DNA of 32,000 nt from assembly GCA_005191425.1 (NCBI GenBank), contig SUPR01000020.1:8519-40518 (forward strand), written 5' to 3'. This document shows, piece by piece, positions 28,328 to 32,000 of the stretch; position 1 is the stretch's first letter; the number at the start of each line of letters is the position of its first letter. The notes beneath the pieces were generated by a model. It searched no databases, was not told where the DNA came from, and saw only the letters and a program-made list of their open reading frames with translations. Source of the stretch: Candidatus Helarchaeota ASGARD archaeon Hel_GB_B (GTDB taxonomy: Archaea > Asgardarchaeota > Lokiarchaeia > Helarchaeales > HEL-GB-B). Position numbers and translations under genes: made by a program.

Positions 28328-31300
28328 TCATGAAATTTTTAAAAGTATTTCATTTATTTTTTCTTTGAAATTTTCTGGATTAAATTGCGATGAAATTAAT
28401 GTTTTTTCATTCAATATTTCATTTAATGGGTAATTATCTTCAGATATATTTAATATATCGGTAAAAATAATTTGATTTTTATTGGAAATGCAAATAAAAT
28501 TATGGGGTGGTAGTTTATCCGAGATTTTATTTAAATATTGATTAACGAAATTGAAAATGTTGTTATTACAAAAGATAATTAATGAATTTTCATTTGAAAT
28601 TTTTTGAAGGAACCTTGGGAGTGATTCAATATTAGATATTAATTTAATTTTAGAATAATTAAAATTCATAGAATTATTAATAGAGTTAGTAAATTTAGTA
28701 TTGTTTGGGTTAGATTTGATAGTGAGTGTTTCATCAATAATTTCGGTATTAAATTCTGAAGTATTTTTTGGTAATAAATCCTTAATAGGTGGTAATGGTG
28801 GGTTTTTTTTGGGAATCTGAGGATTTGATTGCTCCAATTTCAGGTTTAAATTAAATATTTTATTGATAATTTCCTCAATAAATTTAGTATTATCAGGTTT
28901 AATTTCAACAATATCGATCTTCAAGATATCTTCTTTTTTACAAATATAAACAGAGGGTGGTGTAGAATCTGGTAATTTTGGAGTAGTTTTGACAAAAAAT
29001 TCAAATACAGTATAAAACATATCAAATCCAAATTTTGCAGAAATTCTTTTAACTATCAAATAGTTTCTAATATCATTAATATTATGAAAATCACGCAGAT
29101 CTTTAGCAAAATAAATCAAAAATTTTTGAGATGTATAACGTGGGTCATATAATTTTCTATTATCGCGTTCTAATTTATATAGCAAGTTTAATTCTTCGTT
29201 GGTCGCATTATAGATTTCAAGAAGTTCAGGATAAACATGATTTTTAATCAAATTTTCTAAATAGTTCGTATTTTTGAATGTTATTTTTGAGGGAGAAATA
29301 GGTATATTCTGGTATTTTTCATTCAATTCATTCACTTCTTGGTCTATATTTCTATCATGTTCATCTAAAATTCGTCTTAATTGGTCTAGTTTTTCAATTG
29401 GGTCATTTTCCAGGTCTAAAATAATTTGTGATTCATTTTCAATAATTACAAAACAAGGGGCATAAGCATTTCTTATAATACTATTTGGATAAGCACTTGT
29501 ATCATAATAATAAGGGATAATTTTAAAGAATTCACAAGCTTTTATAAAATCATTGAAATATTTTGAAGTTTCTGGAACCATTAAATTAATAAAATAAATG
29601 GCAGCAAATGATTTACTTTCTATTAAATCTTCTAATTGTTGAGTTGCAAGTCCAACTACATTTGGGGGTATCTCAAATTTTGAGGATTCACTATTATCTA
29701 ATATATTTTTATCAGGAATTAAAATAGGTGCTGGGTTATTAGTATTTTCAGGATAAGATTTTCTAATAAAAAGGTCATCAAAAAGTGCATTTAAAATTTG
29801 GGTATTAGTAATATCAGATTTTAGTTTTAGAATGGTACTGTCAAATATTTGGTCATCAATTTCTTGATCTTCATCTGTATATATTATTAAAGCGTAAATT
29901 TCGTTTCCGCCACGGTTCTGTTCGTTTGGGATTATAAATCTTTTTCCATAAATTTTTCCAGAATATTCTGGGATTGTAAAGGAAAACATTTCAATATTTT
30001 TAAAGGAGAGAGCAGAGGATGCGATTTTTTTAAGAATATCATCATTAAAAGTACTAGCGGTGTCAATGTTGTATTTTGGGAGGTAGCCTTTATTATTATC
30101 AAAATGAGCGAGCATTACGCCAGCATTACCAGAAATTTTTTGGTCGGGGGTATTTGTTTCAATTGTATTATTTTGAGCTATTTTATTTAATTCAAGAGAG
30201 TCTTCATATTCAGCTATAAATTTATTTGATGTAGTATTTTCAACAAGATTAACTGGAGTTTGAGTTTCTATTGTTTGAGGGGATTTTTTATCATTTTTTG
30301 GATATTTTAAAGGTCCTTCAATTTGAAGAGTTAATTTTTCATATAAATCGATAAGGGCATCAATTATTTCTTTTCTTCCAGAAAAACCAATAGTTCCTTT
30401 TTTCTCCTTAATTTTTTCATAAAAAAATTGGAAACGCTTAAGTTGCTCTTCATTTATCAGTTGATATCCTTTTTCGGTCAATAATTTATGAGTTTGAACT
30501 AAATCTGGAATTTTACTGGATACTTCATAGTTTTTTGCTATCAGATAATCTAATAAGATTTTTATTGCTTCAAATCCCAAGATATAATATCTATCAAAAT
30601 CACGAATTGGGTCTAAATTTTGAGTTAATTGAATTTTCTCATTGACTGCATATATAAGCTCATTTTTTTCAAGAGAAATTGAGTTTTCTTCGTCATTTAA
30701 ATGTTTTGCTATAATGTGCTCGGTTTGAGATAGTTCATTAACCTTTTTCTGCTCATTTAAATCAGGGATAATTTCTTTCAAGTTATTTTCCGAGGAAGTT
30801 TTGACATTTTTGAATTCAAATTGCCCATCTTCAATATTGATAAATAGAGTTTGACCTTCTTGTAAATTCCATATTGATGATTTAAGGTCATTCCATAATT
30901 TAAATAATTCTTGTTTTATAGATGCGTTATTTTCTCCCTTATTTATTAATTCGAGAATAAATTTATTATTCAAAATTATATCTTTATAGTCGCTCATTAA
31001 TAATAACATAGCTCTTGTTTTCCAATTGAGCCCTTCTACAATTGGCCTTTTAATTATGTCTCTATAAAATGACAAATCAGAAACTTTGGCTGTACCATAT
31101 TGTTTTTCTATTACTGCAGCTAAAATATAATCAAGGATTTTTTCAGCAGGAGTATCGTGCTGTTCTTTAAAAATTTGTTCAACTTGTTTGAAAAAAATAT
31201 GTTTATCAAAATTATTATCTGAATTAAGTGAATTTATTTTTGTAGGAGTGATCATTCCACAAGTCTTAAAGATTTTAATAATTTTTGGAATTAATTTATC

Positions 31301-32000
31301 AAAAACTTGGTAAGAAAAGCTACCATTTTTAGCCATACGATAAATATAATTGAAAATTTTAGGTTGGAGCATGTCTTCATGACGGTTCAAGAACAATTTT
31401 TGATACATTTTTTCTACATCTGAAATTTTTTCGCTAGAAGTTGCTGAATAAGCTGCAGCTACTGAGGTCTCGAGTAACTTGGGTAATAGTAGTCTTAAGT
31501 TTATTATATCCTTTTCAAGTAAAGCTTTTCTAAACTTTAAATAATTATTTTTAAATCTTTGTTTGTAATGACCAATATTTTCTTTAATTTCATCTTTTTT
31601 TATGGTCGAATTTGAATGAAGGTTTGAAATATTCATTTGCTGTTTATTAAAATTAATTTCTTGACTAATTTGAATTTGGTTTGAAGAATCCTCAACAATG
31701 ATTGAGCTTGCTTCAAGTTCAGAATATGCGTTTTCTATCAATTCACCCTGTAATTCCTTTTTTAATATGAAATACTGTAAAATTCTCGAACCAATACAGG
31801 CGGAATAAATTGTAATAAATGCAATGATAAATCCAAATGGTGAAAATAAAGAAGAAATAATGGACGAATAATTAATATAATAATTAGTAGAAGTGATTAA
31901 CAGTGAAATAATAAGATAAATGACCCAAGATTTCTCAATTTTATAATTAATGGTCAATATTTTTTCATGTATTTTTTTATCCCGGATATTATTATCTTGG
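28328..32000 (-). CDS. large membrane-anchored multidomain protein (>=1209 aa) with a possible longin/uDENN-like domain; may be 5'-truncated
   Basis: The track starts at TTG 31957, but the frame is open to the window edge (QDNNIRDKKIHEKI upstream). Two hydrophobic helices near the N-terminus; internal GVMLAHFDNNKGY...NRGGNEIYALIIY. Confidence 0.6.
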   Translation of the reverse strand, partial: QDNNIRDKKIHEKILTINYKIEKSWVIYLIISLLITSTNYYINYSSIISSLFSPFGFIIAFITIYSACIGSRILQYFILKKELQGELIENAYSELEASSIIVEDSSNQIQISQEINFNKQQMNISNLHSNSTIKKDEIKENIGHYKQRFKNNYLKFRKALLEKDIINLRLLLPKLLETSVAAAYSATSSEKISDVEKMYQKLFLNRHEDMLQPKIFNYIYRMAKNGSFSYQVFDKLIPKIIKIFKTCGMITPTKINSLNSDNNFDKHIFFKQVEQIFKEQHDTPAEKILDYILAAVIEKQYGTAKVSDLSFYRDIIKRPIVEGLNWKTRAMLLLMSDYKDIILNNKFILELINKGENNASIKQELFKLWNDLKSSIWNLQEGQTLFINIEDGQFEFKNVKTSSENNLKEIIPDLNEQKKVNELSQTEHIIAKHLNDEENSISLEKNELIYAVNEKIQLTQNLDPIRDFDRYYILGFEAIKILLDYLIAKNYEVSSKIPDLVQTHKLLTEKGYQLINEEQLKRFQFFYEKIKEKKGTIGFSGRKEIIDALIDLYEKLTLQIEGPLKYPKNDKKSPQTIETQTPVNLVENTTSNKFIAEYEDSLELNKIAQNNTIETNTPDQKISGNAGVMLAHFDNNKGYLPKYNIDTASTFNDDILKKIASSALSFKNIEMFSFTIPEYSGKIYGKRFIIPNEQNRGGNEIYALIIYTDEDQEIDDQIFDSTILKLKSDITNTQILNALFDDLFIRKSYPENTNNPAPILIPDKNILDNSESSKFEIPPNVVGLATQQLEDLIESKSFAAIYFINLMVPETSKYFNDFIKACEFFKIIPYYYDTSAYPNSIIRNAYAPCFVIIENESQIILDLENDPIEKLDQLRRILDEHDRNIDQEVNELNEKYQNIPISPSKITFKNTNYLENLIKNHVYPELLEIYNATNEELNLLYKLERDNRKLYDPRYTSQKFLIYFAKDLRDFHNINDIRNYLIVKRISAKFGFDMFYTVFEFFVKTTPKLPDSTPPSVYICKKEDILKIDIVEIKPDNTKFIEEIINKIFNLNLKLEQSNPQIPKKNPPLPPIKDLLPKNTSEFNTEIIDETLTIKSNPNNTKFTNSINNSMNFNYSKIKLISNIESLPRFLQKISNENSLIIFCNNNIFNFVNQYLNKISDKLPPHNFICISNKNQIIFTDILNISEDNYPLNEILNEKTLISSQFNPENFKEKINEILLKIS

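Noticed and set aside
1593-29465. Short opposite-strand or nested ORFs in the track (e.g. 1593-1862, 2086-2340, 4076-4321, 8654-8872, 14764-14997, 15175-15615, 17137-17463, 20522-20809, 27148-27474, 27622-27987, 29274-29465).
   Set aside because: All lie within well-supported genes and show no recognisable motifs; treated as shadow ORFs.

Overview
AT-rich archaeal-type window, probably from an Asgard (Loki/Hel-like) archaeon. This is inferred from IPK/IDI-2, a multi-OB RPA-like protein, AGGTGA ribosome-binding sites, LRR genes and a longin-like domain. Bases 1-20.8 kb are mostly housekeeping: a partial PLP-dependent D-amino-acid enzyme; an 8-gene isoprenoid cluster (trans-prenyltransferase, IDI-2, IPK, MVK, class II HMGR, haloarchaea-type phosphomevalonate decarboxylase, bacterial-type HMG-CoA synthase with a DUF35-like tail, UppS); small regulators; an FG-GAP beta-propeller membrane protein split by one in-frame TAA; a bacterial-type RNase PH; a K+-independent H+-PPase; a UroD/MtaA-family protein; an ArsA/Get3-like ATPase; and a HAD hydrolase. 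Bases 20.8-32 kb are accessory and hold the main discovery candidate. A tyrosine recombinase gene lies between perfect 27-bp inverted repeats (20849-20875 and 22634-22660). The right repeat is inside the LRR-coding repeats of a STAND NTPase-LRR (NLR-like) locus. The left repeat heads a start-less alternative LRR C-terminal cap missing from the ORF track. Inversion would swap the LRR C-terminus in frame (shufflon-like). The NTPase and LRR ORFs become one 812-aa ORF if one copy of a 13-bp tandem duplication is removed, and the recombinase has a +1 frameshift in an A7 run. Repeats and frames were read from the sequence; activity and family assignments are inferred without database searches.
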